64,000 nt of DNA, taken from the IMG/VR virus record IMGVR_UViG_3300030376_006611, positions 549 to 64,548 of that record; one strand, written 5' to 3'. The DNA comes from a virus (lineage: Duplodnaviria; Caudoviricetes). Shown one piece after another: positions 32,601 to 40,613 of this stretch (position 1 is its first letter; each line of letters starts with the position of its first letter). The translations under genes and the position numbers were made by a program. The notes under the pieces were generated by a model, which had not been told where the DNA came from, did no database searches, and worked only from the letters and a program-made list of their open reading frames with translations.

Positions 32601-35291
32601 GACCAAACTAGATTTGGTAGACTTAAGGCCAAGTGGATTCGCAGACTGCAAGACAAGTACAGCGATATCATGGCCCTGCAGGAGGATGTGGAGACATTCT
32701 TGGGCAGAGCCGTAAGAGAGGATGAGGACTTCAAGATGGCCGAGGAGCTCATGTACGGTAAGACAGCGAGCGACCTCAAGAAGCTTGATCAAAAGATCGA
32801 GAGGCTTACGGACAACATGAAGGCTAATGGGGTCAACGTGGGTGAGCTTACCGATTACCTCTACGCGCTCCACGCCAAGGAAAGAAATGACATCATATTT
32901 GCAAGGGAGATTAAGTCTCTTATGGAGAAGAATAAGAAGCTGACATTTGATCAAGCCGAGGCCCAAGCCAACAGAAGCGGTAGCGGTATGTCGAATGCAG
33001 AGGCATCGGCAATACTTGACGGAATCTCTGAGGGTAAGAGGGCTGCCCTGGACAGCGCCCTGAAGATCGTAAGAGAGATTCAGCAGGACACTAGAAGCAC
33101 GATGGTGGAGTTTGGTCTGGAGACAGCTGAGACTGTTGATGCGTGGGAGAGCCTGTTCGAGAACTACGTGCCGCTTTCGGGTATTGCTACTGACGAGTTC
33201 AGCAGTGATAAGACCGCCTATCCAACAGGCGGTGCTGGTATGCAGGTACGAGGTCCTATGACCAAGAGGGCAGAGGGTAGAAAGAGCAAGGCGGACAACC
33301 TTGTGGCTCAGATTATTGCGCAGAACTCTGCCGTAAAGATCCAGGCCAGAAAGAACGAGGCCCTTGGAACGCTCCACACCCTCATTACAAACAATCCAAA
33401 CCCAGCAATCTGGGAGATCGTTGACGACGCTAAGTTCGGGGACCCGTCGGTTGTGCCAGTGAGGATTGATGGCAAGCAGGAGTTTATTAAGTTCACTGAG
33501 CCTCAGCATGCTGAGACACTCAAGAATATGAACATCCCGAAGACGGTGTGGTTGGCAAAAGTTCTTTCGCCTCTCAACAACTGGCTAAGACGTTCATTTA
33601 CAACACTTAACCCTGAATTTGTAATCTCCAACTTCTCTCGTGACATAACGTCAGCACTTTTTAACGCAGCTGCTGAGTCAGAGATTGAAGGCGGTCAGAT
33701 ACTTGGGGAGCAGGTGATGGTCGACATGGCTCGGATGGTTGGGCCAGCGATGAAGGCCCTGTTCAAAGAGACTAACCCCAACTCGCTCGGCAAGCTGTTT
33801 AAGGAGAACCCAATCATTGGTAAGTACTACCAGGATTTTGTTGAGGATGGCGGCCAGACTGGATGGGGATATCAGAAGAACCTCCAGGATATCGCTGCAG
33901 ATTTAGAGAAATCCACGACAGATAAGTCTCGGGCGCAGGAGGTGCTTGGTGCTGTCAAAGAGAATACGGTTGATATGGTGGAAGGGGTCAACGATGCATT
34001 TGAGAATGCAATCAGACTCTCGTCATACATCGCTGCAAGAGAGAACGGAGTAAGCAGGGCCAAGGCCGCACAGTTTGCAAAGAACATCACGGTGAACTTT
34101 AACAAGCACGGTGAGTACGGGCAAGTTGCAAACCAGCTCTACCTCTTTTTCAACGCATCCGTTCAGGGTACCGCAAGACTTGGTAGATCTCTTGTCACAC
34201 TCAAGCCACCTAAGGCTCCTGACGGATCATCCCGCGAGTGGTATCAGAGAATCAACACCGCACAGAAGATGGCGGCTGGACTGACTGTGTTCTCAGCGAT
34301 GCTTGCTCAGGTGGGTAGGGCTATGTCTGACGAGGATGAGGACGGCACCTTGTACTGGGACAAGATTCCAGATTACGTCAAAGAGAGAAACCTCGTCGTC
34401 ATGTTTGACGGGAAGAACTACTTCAAGATACCGCTTCCTTACGGATTCAACATGTTCGCCAACTTGGGGACAGGTATGGTGGATCTCGCTGCAGGGGCTA
34501 AGTCTTGGGATGAGACAGGGTGGTTCTTGGCCAACTCGTTCCTCAGCTCGTTCTCCCCTATCAGCTACGGGCAGTCAAGAGACCTTTACACCTACGGGAC
34601 TAAGGCTATCGTGCCAACAGCGTTCAAGCCAGCCGTTGAGGTGGCTATGAATGAGTCGTACTTCGGTGGGCCAGTGTATGCCGAGCAGTTGCCATTCGGT
34701 GCTCCTAAGCCCGAGTCGCACATGTCCTTTAAGTCTCCCAAAATGGTACAGTCCTTTTTTGAACTTATGAACGACGCTACGGGAGGGTCTGCTCAAGTGC
34801 CAGGTGCTGTAGATATCAACCCTGACAAGTTCTGGCACATCTTCGACTACTTCGTCGGAGGGGCTGGACAGTTCGTGGGTAGGACTGTCTCTACAGCTAG
34901 AGAGGCGGTGGTCAAAGCTACCAACGACGAGCTTGAGGTCTCGTTTAACGATGTACCGCTTTTGCGTAAGATTTACGGTGAGCCCGCTAAGTACTACGAC
35001 ATGCAAAAGTTTAAGGACCGCGAGGTAGAGATCACCCAGCTCATGAGAGAGGCCAAAGATCCAGACGCAAGACGCATGGGTGAGGGCAGGTACAGGGGCG
35101 TTGGAACTCTAGATAAAGCTATGAAGGCGGTAAACAAGAGGCTGAAGCTTATCAGAAAAGCTAAGCGGGACGCTAAGGATATTAAAGATTACGCCGAAAG
35201 GCAAATAAGAATACAGGAGCTCATGGATATGGAGCGCAAGCTTGTCATGAAGTTCAACAAACTATACGACAATGTCAGAGAAGAAAACTAA
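26655..35291 (+). CDS. Large polyvalent internal virion protein (2878 aa) with LPD38-like C-terminus
   Basis: ITVNFNKHG...LYLFFNASVQG and WDKIPDYVKERNL...KIPLPYGF motifs; zincin-like EEFGH at 29640. Confidence 0.7.
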   Translation: MANEFDNTDPLQLSETPQAAVPEPVQPQAAVPEPVQPQQPVQQQPTQRELTNEDRINFYRGKGYSDGQIIDILDASGKASREQAQGIMLSQYENQRRETLAENERRKKEQADAERHLIERQQALDALLKKKDSASDPSTLPGGAEVRADLGLPAAEPRDVDAEVNELVQQEGFESLRYENSRPEDYDTPELMRMYQANGQLADLAASMSASNAAIEALKSGDNQELREAVEAADNEAVQDLFQNYITADPRSSDYGELKQKLSQGLFDQYEESDRQSSLAMQQLQSINEEIGLPWNYKNDSEIDRAQAMIESMRIREDGERTTQRYQDMLFSQRMARARYDELEDMLPDWLVARSVAAGNFANNMISVMPNQIAGLAFDQIGDRDKANEYFEKARRVSDYNQQLTSERNKRSYEFTDEELNTGIWESIVGAWNGEEDKGWGLVARKAAATFEDVFPDVAFAVVTMGEGAAMKNLAKEGLKEATEEGVKRQLKRRILLGNGISASTAATFGVRSMGDTYDSVFDDPTRTLNEKMFLATSVGVAEATMQFIFKGAEAGLARGGTALRNFASGAAEKNWKQAMRDALKGVTKRQIALRGAGQTAGEFFEEAIIEGIDQSVRIVQDKMAGRPTKGFDTNAIMDAGLAGLLGTGPMTTLQASSAMMANHKVKKSRSYVVEQLRKLDRDMMLTTDASILGGMKAKRRELEGYLNQLEGMSEAEYHKLTDNEKKQINAIHRELATTRDQIKREKNPDTKRRLEERFEGLYKRKVDIEKAAESRASMAPAPPLPDAEGNDVASNERDVDAATEQEHAAMPEEQDQEAPDITEAIDKKVDGHVASHRRAVERTASDPENSTRHARTAKSMRTKAKKLLMAEGMTEAEAEAEVDRRIGTAQADTETKGDRPARSVRMGLVGDTDVNADWIGDGPGQIPLPVVAQMDRMKRAFGKLLDSMGVHLQIHLDAESFSDATGTGKNTRGVYDPSTKTIHLNPNSNVKDVIEEFGHAAFRSILKSDSKFAKRVYENILSEAGLGQGAFGRIDPKTGMLVLPKNFREDANLQQLAKENPFALAVLKTEDLYPDYDNARRREETILEALREYATNPSKFNTASRRGRGRTRVDQLKAIVNRAMVKAGFRGNFISPDSGVDFYSFAERFKLATEGVETDVTMDESDYTAQTNIENSTPRKKKNAKKKAKEKIVARTGESPKDAVKRHRREQEAKRRRESARAVEDFEGTLGRSEPLESRDGGAFDYLRDTEVFYDSVPPLSGGVVNQVPRKKSLKVKDYYHFRNWYNYMTRNQTDNNIRRMYYVKDGVKKMINPPKIAIDKETGEPKYISGPETWVQRQVRLNTEALERRAQARKQQLRNPDDVEPGQSLGDGNVQLESREGSVFSAANQLQAHNENRGSTFTFDGVNQVGRPMSAVSIFPERSRIITGQLTEDQINKYVQDNKDFTSGNEDVLAIGTWYEAPENQTYLDISAVLPHEQANQLGRDYNQKAVFNLETLEEVDTGGTGEAVQGLKPESERVADLRRMAGEKLEARAGGVFDTLDMAEAKRKGLPTDNIESISGAQIRFFGFDRTMPTVIEDLNHRIASGVQYIFNRRVPYKEGDARLITAHRNVEMAKQEYNGLKRLAMADSKSANPLGYIAIGFSLNGEASTTGNPDVYSYLIKKFRQKFDGDELIGKTNTAVNSITKKYKAPMINRIQEKAIEEGRNDVSSAIDIEFNDKGQPVTASANITTAEQAAFVLDMLEDASSPFTFNERNFSSGRFTQRITPMKEVMNKVIDPLFKNADLGTAVAFVKVPYRIENGDVKGFDIVEVPGDPFAGAIVVEPGFDNQFEGHRLTERQYRLEDIMPDYSMAMGTKEVIDPETGEKTRVPARRRRLSSAVAAATRDAEGPMKDFEAKVREKVSNQAAKNVFKGVVNINYGDVGAMEEDIYMGSKSAVQRPSATTDIAMDAMESREGSVFESRAEDAPTPGRPDGQFQQRDQTRFGRLKAKWIRRLQDKYSDIMALQEDVETFLGRAVREDEDFKMAEELMYGKTASDLKKLDQKIERLTDNMKANGVNVGELTDYLYALHAKERNDIIFAREIKSLMEKNKKLTFDQAEAQANRSGSGMSNAEASAILDGISEGKRAALDSALKIVREIQQDTRSTMVEFGLETAETVDAWESLFENYVPLSGIATDEFSSDKTAYPTGGAGMQVRGPMTKRAEGRKSKADNLVAQIIAQNSAVKIQARKNEALGTLHTLITNNPNPAIWEIVDDAKFGDPSVVPVRIDGKQEFIKFTEPQHAETLKNMNIPKTVWLAKVLSPLNNWLRRSFTTLNPEFVISNFSRDITSALFNAAAESEIEGGQILGEQVMVDMARMVGPAMKALFKETNPNSLGKLFKENPIIGKYYQDFVEDGGQTGWGYQKNLQDIAADLEKSTTDKSRAQEVLGAVKENTVDMVEGVNDAFENAIRLSSYIAARENGVSRAKAAQFAKNITVNFNKHGEYGQVANQLYLFFNASVQGTARLGRSLVTLKPPKAPDGSSREWYQRINTAQKMAAGLTVFSAMLAQVGRAMSDEDEDGTLYWDKIPDYVKERNLVVMFDGKNYFKIPLPYGFNMFANLGTGMVDLAAGAKSWDETGWFLANSFLSSFSPISYGQSRDLYTYGTKAIVPTAFKPAVEVAMNESYFGGPVYAEQLPFGAPKPESHMSFKSPKMVQSFFELMNDATGGSAQVPGAVDINPDKFWHIFDYFVGGAGQFVGRTVSTAREAVVKATNDELEVSFNDVPLLRKIYGEPAKYYDMQKFKDREVEITQLMREAKDPDARRMGEGRYRGVGTLDKAMKAVNKRLKLIRKAKRDAKDIKDYAERQIRIQELMDMERKLVMKFNKLYDNVREEN
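26703..26762 (+). repeat. Two tandem 30-bp coding repeats (PQAAVPEPVQ x2)
   Basis: ccacaggcagcggttccagagcccgtacag / ccacaagcagcagtcccagagcccgtacaa. Confidence 0.9.
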
Positions 35292-35712
35292 AATCAGAGA
35301 CACCAAGCTCGGCGCTTGGCTTAAGTCAAAAGCACCTAACGTGCTCAATGTTGTAGGGGATCTGCTGCCTGATAGCGGAGGTCTCGGAGTTGTCAAAAAC
35401 CTAATCACTAACGATCCAGAGGTCGATACCGACGAGGGTATGGCTGCTGTCGAGGCAGAGATACAATTTCAGAACAATGTTACTGAGAGATGGAAGGCTG
35501 ATATGGGTAGTGATGTGAAGCTTGCAAAGCTTATCAGGCCCGTTACTTTGATCTGCCTCATGGTGATGTTTATGGCCACAATGGTGGCTGACAGCATGGA
35601 TGCTTGGCCATTTAACGTGAAAGATTCATACGTATCTTTGCTTGAGATTTTGATGCTCACCGCCTTCGGTGCATACTTCGCAGGAAGAACGATAGAGAAA
35701 TCTAGGAAATGA
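35272..35712 (+). CDS. Putative holin (GTA 3TM-holin-like)
   Basis: ERWKADMGSD.KLAKLIRP motif followed by two hydrophobic helices and YFAGRTIEK. Confidence 0.6.
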   Translation: MSEKKTKIRDTKLGAWLKSKAPNVLNVVGDLLPDSGGLGVVKNLITNDPEVDTDEGMAAVEAEIQFQNNVTERWKADMGSDVKLAKLIRPVTLICLMVMFMATMVADSMDAWPFNVKDSYVSLLEILMLTAFGAYFAGRTIEKSRK

Positions 35713-36422
35713 GACTTATAACAGACGATAAAAAGTTGCCGCGGCGCAGGAGGCGCAAAGCAGAATCGTCTGGTATGGCGCCTCAAAACAAAAGGGAGGA
35801 GGCAGAGCTTAGGCTTTCCATGGCGGCTGCTAATCAGCAGAACAGATTTATTGACCCAGCACTCGCTCAGGAGGGCTTGGTTGACCCTACGCTGATGGCT
35901 GAATCTGATCCTCAGGCTGCATCATTTATTGAAGAGGAGCTTTTCCCTGCTGTTGGATTTAATCCTGCGGGAGGGCAGGACGCATCTAAGTACGCATGGT
36001 CTGCAGCCACTGTGAGTGATCTCGCCTCAGCATTCGACCCATCCTTTCAGGGTAGCTCAAGGCATTCCGATTACATAAGAAGGGGATTCCAGGGTGAAGG
36101 AAACTACGAGGCAGATAAGGTATCCAAGAGAACTGACTTCAAACCAGGGGATATTCTTTTTCAGGGCAGAAAGGACAGCGCGGGAAATCCTCTCGGCCCC
36201 CAGTCATACAGGCAGTTTAAGAAAGACGCCAAAGGCAAGGGGGAGTTTGCAGAACAGGAAGGATATGGATCTCACTCTGACATCATTACTGGTTCTGGCG
36301 TAGACCAAAGCGGTAGAAGGTATTACGATGTTCAGGGTGGCAATGTAGGGGATAGGCTTAGCGTAAGAAGAATGTACGCTGATGAGCTTGCAAAACGATA
36401 CGAAGGAAGATTAACACAATGA
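35709..36422 (+). CDS. DUF2272-like (CHAP/NlpC-related) cell-wall hydrolase
   Basis: WSAA...HSDYI...KPGDILF..R...SHSDII...GGNVGD motif order; next to the holin. Confidence 0.55.
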   Translation: MRLITDDKKLPRRRRRKAESSGMAPQNKREEAELRLSMAAANQQNRFIDPALAQEGLVDPTLMAESDPQAASFIEEELFPAVGFNPAGGQDASKYAWSAATVSDLASAFDPSFQGSSRHSDYIRRGFQGEGNYEADKVSKRTDFKPGDILFQGRKDSAGNPLGPQSYRQFKKDAKGKGEFAEQEGYGSHSDIITGSGVDQSGRRYYDVQGGNVGDRLSVRRMYADELAKRYEGRLTQ

Positions 36423-38485
36423 TGAGAAACATATTTTTTCTTCTAACGATGATACCGACTCTGCTGTTTGCTCAGCCGAGCTGGGTTAAGGTAAAGTTTC
36501 AAAGCGACACTTACGGTCAAGAGAGCACCTGGGATATATACCCAGTGGGATCTGACGAATCTGTAGCTTCTGGCGGCCCATACGCCGACTCAACATATTT
36601 TCAGCAAACCATTCCGCTACCTTCTGGTGAGTACAACATGGTTGTAGACGACGCCTTTGGTGACGGGATATGCTGTCAGTTTGGTGAGGGGTGGTTTGGC
36701 TTGAGCAATGACTGCGGGCTTGATATATCTGTATTTGATTTTAACACAGAGCAGATAACAGTTCCTTTCATTCTTGATCCATGCGAACTGCCTATGCCTG
36801 GTTGCATGGACGAATCGTCTAACAACTACAACCCGTGGGCTACCGTGGACAATGGAACATGCAATGTCAGCGAATGCCCTGAGGGTCAGGCGTTTGTATC
36901 CATGGAGCTTACGCTAGACAATTGGCCCAACGAAACTGGATTCACACTGGTGGACCTGGATGTCGGTCAGTTCTACGAGCAGGTTCTTCCAGGAGGCTTT
37001 AACTTTGGAGACCAACTAGCCACTTACACTTACGACTTCTGCGTTGCGCTTGGCTTTGAGCTCATTCTGACAGACACATACGGAGACGGTCTCAATGGAT
37101 CTGCAAGCGGGGGTCAAGACGGTGGTGTGGTCATCACCGCATGCGACGAGGAGGTTGTCTGGGAGCTGGAGGATCTAGCCTACTCAGACAATGACGGAAA
37201 CGTTCACTACTCTGGCGCTGTGTTTGTAGAGCCGTGCGCCATTGAAGAGCCTGTAGTGGGATGCATGGACGACGATTACGTTGACTACAACCCAGAAGCT
37301 ACAGAAGCAGGGGACTGCCTCACCCTACACACCTGGGGGTGCATGGACCCAGATTCATTTAACTACGACTCCACCGCCACAATCTCAGACCTGAACAGTC
37401 CGTGCGTTACGACCATAAGAATCGGTGATGCAGCGGGAGACGGATGGGGAAACTCACACATAGGTGTAAAGCAGGGGGACCTGCAGTGGATCTTTACCAT
37501 GGGGCCTGGAGAGTTTTCTCAGTCGTGGGACCTTATCCTTGACTCGGACGAAAAGGTAGACGTGTACTACTTCGAGGTCGGTGGGCCACAGCAACCGCCT
37601 CAAGAGACTGAGTTCCAAACACTTCACAACTCCATCCTTGTCACAAACGAGCTTGGAGATACCCTGATGGTGGAGGGTCTTAACCCATTTTTTGACAATG
37701 GTCAGGGTGCGCTTCAACCTTTCAAGAACCCAGAGTGGAACGTATACAGCTTTATGCCTTACTGCGGGACAAGCTGCATTCCGTTTATGTACGGATGCAC
37801 TGACGATACCGCACAGAACTACGATGACGAAGCCAATACAGAGGATGGCAGCTGCTACTACAATGCTGGATGCACGCAGGCTGGATATGTCGAGTATTAC
37901 AATCAGGGGTACGAGGCCGACTATGACGACGGCAGCTGTGAGACGCTTGCTGTATTCGGATGCATGGACGCTGAGGCTCTCAACTACGATCCAGAAGCAA
38001 ACGTAGATACGGGAGATTGCATTGAAGTTGTGCTTGATTGCATGGACCCTAACGCATTTAATTACAATGAGTTAGCTAATGTGTCTGATGAGGAAGCGTG
38101 CTTGTATGATGCGGGCTGCATTACAGGTCCAGGCGAACCGTACTGGGCCAACGACTACTGCTACTCGTGGGTGATCGAAGTTGACCCATACTGCTGCGAA
38201 ACGGCTTGGGATGCGGTGTGTACAGAGATGTACGACTACTGTGGTGCTGGCGTGACGTCAGTAGAAGTGGCTGTAAGGTCATTGCTTCACTTCTTTCCAA
38301 ACCCAACAGCAGGGGTGGTAAACATTCAGGCACCCGTAGGCACCGTAATCACCTTGTTTGACGCAAGGGGTAGGGTTGTTGAAACAACCACAGGCAACAC
38401 AGTTGAACTGCCATCTGCAGGACCGTATGTAATCATGGCCAACTACAAGGGTAGAATCAAGAGAGAAACAATCGTAAGACAATGA
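36419..38485 (+). CDS. Secreted protein with signal peptide, DxxGDG domains, GCxD repeats and T9SS type-A C-terminal sorting domain
   Basis: MRNIFFLLTMIPTLLFA-Q; C-terminus FFPNPTAGVVNI...ITLFDARGRVV...GPYVI...ETIVRQ. Confidence 0.78.
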   Translation: MMRNIFFLLTMIPTLLFAQPSWVKVKFQSDTYGQESTWDIYPVGSDESVASGGPYADSTYFQQTIPLPSGEYNMVVDDAFGDGICCQFGEGWFGLSNDCGLDISVFDFNTEQITVPFILDPCELPMPGCMDESSNNYNPWATVDNGTCNVSECPEGQAFVSMELTLDNWPNETGFTLVDLDVGQFYEQVLPGGFNFGDQLATYTYDFCVALGFELILTDTYGDGLNGSASGGQDGGVVITACDEEVVWELEDLAYSDNDGNVHYSGAVFVEPCAIEEPVVGCMDDDYVDYNPEATEAGDCLTLHTWGCMDPDSFNYDSTATISDLNSPCVTTIRIGDAAGDGWGNSHIGVKQGDLQWIFTMGPGEFSQSWDLILDSDEKVDVYYFEVGGPQQPPQETEFQTLHNSILVTNELGDTLMVEGLNPFFDNGQGALQPFKNPEWNVYSFMPYCGTSCIPFMYGCTDDTAQNYDDEANTEDGSCYYNAGCTQAGYVEYYNQGYEADYDDGSCETLAVFGCMDAEALNYDPEANVDTGDCIEVVLDCMDPNAFNYNELANVSDEEACLYDAGCITGPGEPYWANDYCYSWVIEVDPYCCETAWDAVCTEMYDYCGAGVTSVEVAVRSLLHFFPNPTAGVVNIQAPVGTVITLFDARGRVVETTTGNTVELPSAGPYVIMANYKGRIKRETIVRQ

Positions 38486-39528
38486 AGAAACTTGTAGCCA
38501 TCGCCTTTATGCTTTTGCCCTTGCTTGCGCTTGGGCAAAGTGACTTCTACAAGAATGTGTTGAGAAGAGCTACGTTCTACGCAGCCGTAAACGGAGGAAA
38601 CTCCGTATCAGATCAGGACGTGTTCTCTGTAGCTGCGGGACCGCTTACGACAGACATTGTTGAGACGCCCTTTGACTACTCCATGACTCTTGGCGTGAGA
38701 AAGATCGCAAGGTTTGGATACGAGAACAGAGCCAATGTCTTTTATGACGGAACAGAGAAGACATACGGGGACGCAGCCACAGTAGGTAAGTACGATGGCT
38801 TTGAGTTTTTGGCTGAGGCTGACTGGAGAAGGCAGCAGGGCAAGAACTTCCTTGATCAGGACTACTTCGCTAGGTATGTGGCTGACACCTGGGTGGTGAA
38901 AGCAGAATACCTGCAGGACGGCTTTGCTGACGTTAGATATTTCGAGGCTTCAGAGCGAGGAAGATTGAAGATTGGCAAGAAGCTCTCCCTAAATGCAGGA
39001 ATTGTACAGAGAATATCTGAACCCTACGGGTACGATCCGCTCCAGGAATGGCTCCTGGACAACAATCAGATACACTACACCGCCTTGGCTCTGGAACAGG
39101 GATATAGCGTCGACGTAACCACGGGTGAGTTCTTCTCTCCAGACGGCGACATGGTTGCAAACGACCAGGCGGTATGGGAGCAGGTGGTCATCCCGCAGGT
39201 GCTTGACGAATACGTATCTCAAAAAAGATCAGAGCTTGAAAGCCAGTGGCTATACTCAGCCGTAATTGGCTTTGACTTTTATCACTACGAGAAAAACTTT
39301 TGGTTGCACTCATGGGGCAACGTGATGCCCTATCACCTCGACACAGGTGATGAGTACTCATATCACAACTTCGTGAACAGCAGCCAGTGGGTTGACCTGG
39401 GCTTTGGTCTGGTGTTCGGGACCAAGCTTACAAAAAGCCTCGGTGTGTTTGCCGAAGGTAAATACAACAGATACTGGAACAGGGAGTGGCACGACTTCTC
39501 TGTAGGACTCAACTACATACTACTGTAA
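38482..39528 (+). CDS. Putative outer-membrane beta-barrel protein
   Basis: Signal peptide ending LALG-Q, aromatic-rich alternating strands, terminal FSVGLNY. Confidence 0.62.
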   Translation: MKKLVAIAFMLLPLLALGQSDFYKNVLRRATFYAAVNGGNSVSDQDVFSVAAGPLTTDIVETPFDYSMTLGVRKIARFGYENRANVFYDGTEKTYGDAATVGKYDGFEFLAEADWRRQQGKNFLDQDYFARYVADTWVVKAEYLQDGFADVRYFEASERGRLKIGKKLSLNAGIVQRISEPYGYDPLQEWLLDNNQIHYTALALEQGYSVDVTTGEFFSPDGDMVANDQAVWEQVVIPQVLDEYVSQKRSELESQWLYSAVIGFDFYHYEKNFWLHSWGNVMPYHLDTGDEYSYHNFVNSSQWVDLGFGLVFGTKLTKSLGVFAEGKYNRYWNREWHDFSVGLNYILL

Positions 39529-39812
39529 TGGCAAAACAAATTGGAGAGGATACTAAGGTTACGCTAGATCTCAAGACTCTTGGGATGGTGGCAGCGGGGA
39601 TAGGCACAATCGTGGGCATGTGGTTCGCACTTCAGGCCGACATAGCCGAGGCAAAAGAATTACCGCTTCCTGCTGAGCCAGAGATTACGCGCATGGAATT
39701 TGACATGAAAGACCAGCTGGTGCGTCAAACGATTATGACTACTCAAGAAGATGTAACTGAAATCAAGGAAGATATCAAGCGCATTGAAGAGAAAATAGAT
39801 CAACTAAAATGA
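39528..39812 (+). CDS. Single-pass membrane protein with C-terminal coiled coil (start revised from 39486)
   Basis: TAATG coupling; hydrophobic LGMVAAGIGTIVGMWFAL; heptad tail IKEDIKRIEEKIDQLK. Confidence 0.65.
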   Translation: MAKQIGEDTKVTLDLKTLGMVAAGIGTIVGMWFALQADIAEAKELPLPAEPEITRMEFDMKDQLVRQTIMTTQEDVTEIKEDIKRIEEKIDQLK

Positions 39813-39815
39813 CAC

Positions 39816-40181
39816 ATGAAACTCATATCAACCCTATGTGTATCCTTTGTATTGTTACTGGCGGCAGCCTTTGTAACGCCTGTAGAGGATAAAGAAATAT
39901 GCGGATCAGGAATCTGCGTAGTAGAGTTCAACGCAAGCTTTAACGCACAGAACAGTGTTCCATGGATCGAGAACCTAGACGACTGCGAGACTGCCCGTGT
40001 GGACATCGCTACTGCTCCAGACCTTCAGAAGAAGCACAAGATTGTTGTCGTCCCGACGATTGTTGTTTTCAACGAGGGAGAGGAGCAGGAGAGGTTTCAA
40101 GCGAACATCATGATGACGATGGATGCCACGATTGATGAGGTTCAAGAGGCGGTAGACGACATCATGCTCAATGACTTTTAA
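39816..40181 (+). CDS. Exported thioredoxin-fold protein lacking CxxC
   Basis: Signal-like N-terminus; VVEFNASFN (WCxxC replaced), cis-Pro motif VVPTIVVFNEGEEQERF. Confidence 0.62.
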   Translation: MKLISTLCVSFVLLLAAAFVTPVEDKEICGSGICVVEFNASFNAQNSVPWIENLDDCETARVDIATAPDLQKKHKIVVVPTIVVFNEGEEQERFQANIMMTMDATIDEVQEAVDDIMLNDF

Positions 40182-40420
40182 ACCCAAGTCACTTTGATCG
40201 TAAGGGCTATGTCCTTGAGGTCGTAGAACTCCGATCTCACCATCTTCTCAATGATCGGGTAGAGGTAGCAGTGAGCTACTTCCTCCTCACTTGTTTCCGT
40301 AAAGATTCTTTGAAAGCCGTTCTCGTTAATGCCTGCGTCAACGTGAATAAACTTAAAGTCCTTGGACACCACCGCCTTTACAATCTGGTGGTACTGACCC
40401 TCTGGCTTGTAATCATTCAT
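40178..40420 (-). CDS. Hypothetical protein (last gene of the minus-strand arm)
   Basis: Tracked ORF, converges on the late arm with a 4-nt overlap. Confidence 0.6.
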   Translation of the reverse strand: MNDYKPEGQYHQIVKAVVSKDFKFIHVDAGINENGFQRIFTETSEEEVAHCYLYPIIEKMVRSEFYDLKDIALTIKVTWV

Positions 40421-40584
40421 TCTTTGGGGACTGGTGGCTGCTGAGACAGCATTTGCAAAAAGTCGTACATGCTGATGAATCCATCACCATTAAAGTCAAT
40501 GCATGCTGCATGAGAGTCGGGGCTAATCGACTGACCAAAGTTTGCAAGGAGAAGGAGCAAGTCCATTATGTAAGTTGACCACAT
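40417..40584 (-). CDS. 55-aa dockerin/EF-hand-like protein, not in ORF track
   Basis: MWSTYIMDLLLLLANFGQ...DFNGDGFISMYDFLQML; ATGA overlap with the downstream gene. Confidence 0.65.
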   Translation of the reverse strand: MWSTYIMDLLLLLANFGQSISPDSHAACIDFNGDGFISMYDFLQMLSQQPPVPKE

Positions 40585-40613
40585 ACCCTAGGTACGGTAT
40601 ATGTTAAAAAAAG

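Noticed and set aside
32466-33509. Long antisense or alternative-frame ORFs (also 2556-3311, 7261-7863, 26394-27002, 53555-54169, 53645-54247)
   Set aside because: They shadow well-supported genes, have biased low-information composition and lack promoter or leader signals.
23319-35291. Virion RNA polymerase in the large ejected proteins
   Set aside because: No DxDxD catalytic motif in a plausible context; the recognisable parts are muramidase-like, zincin-like and LPD38-like.
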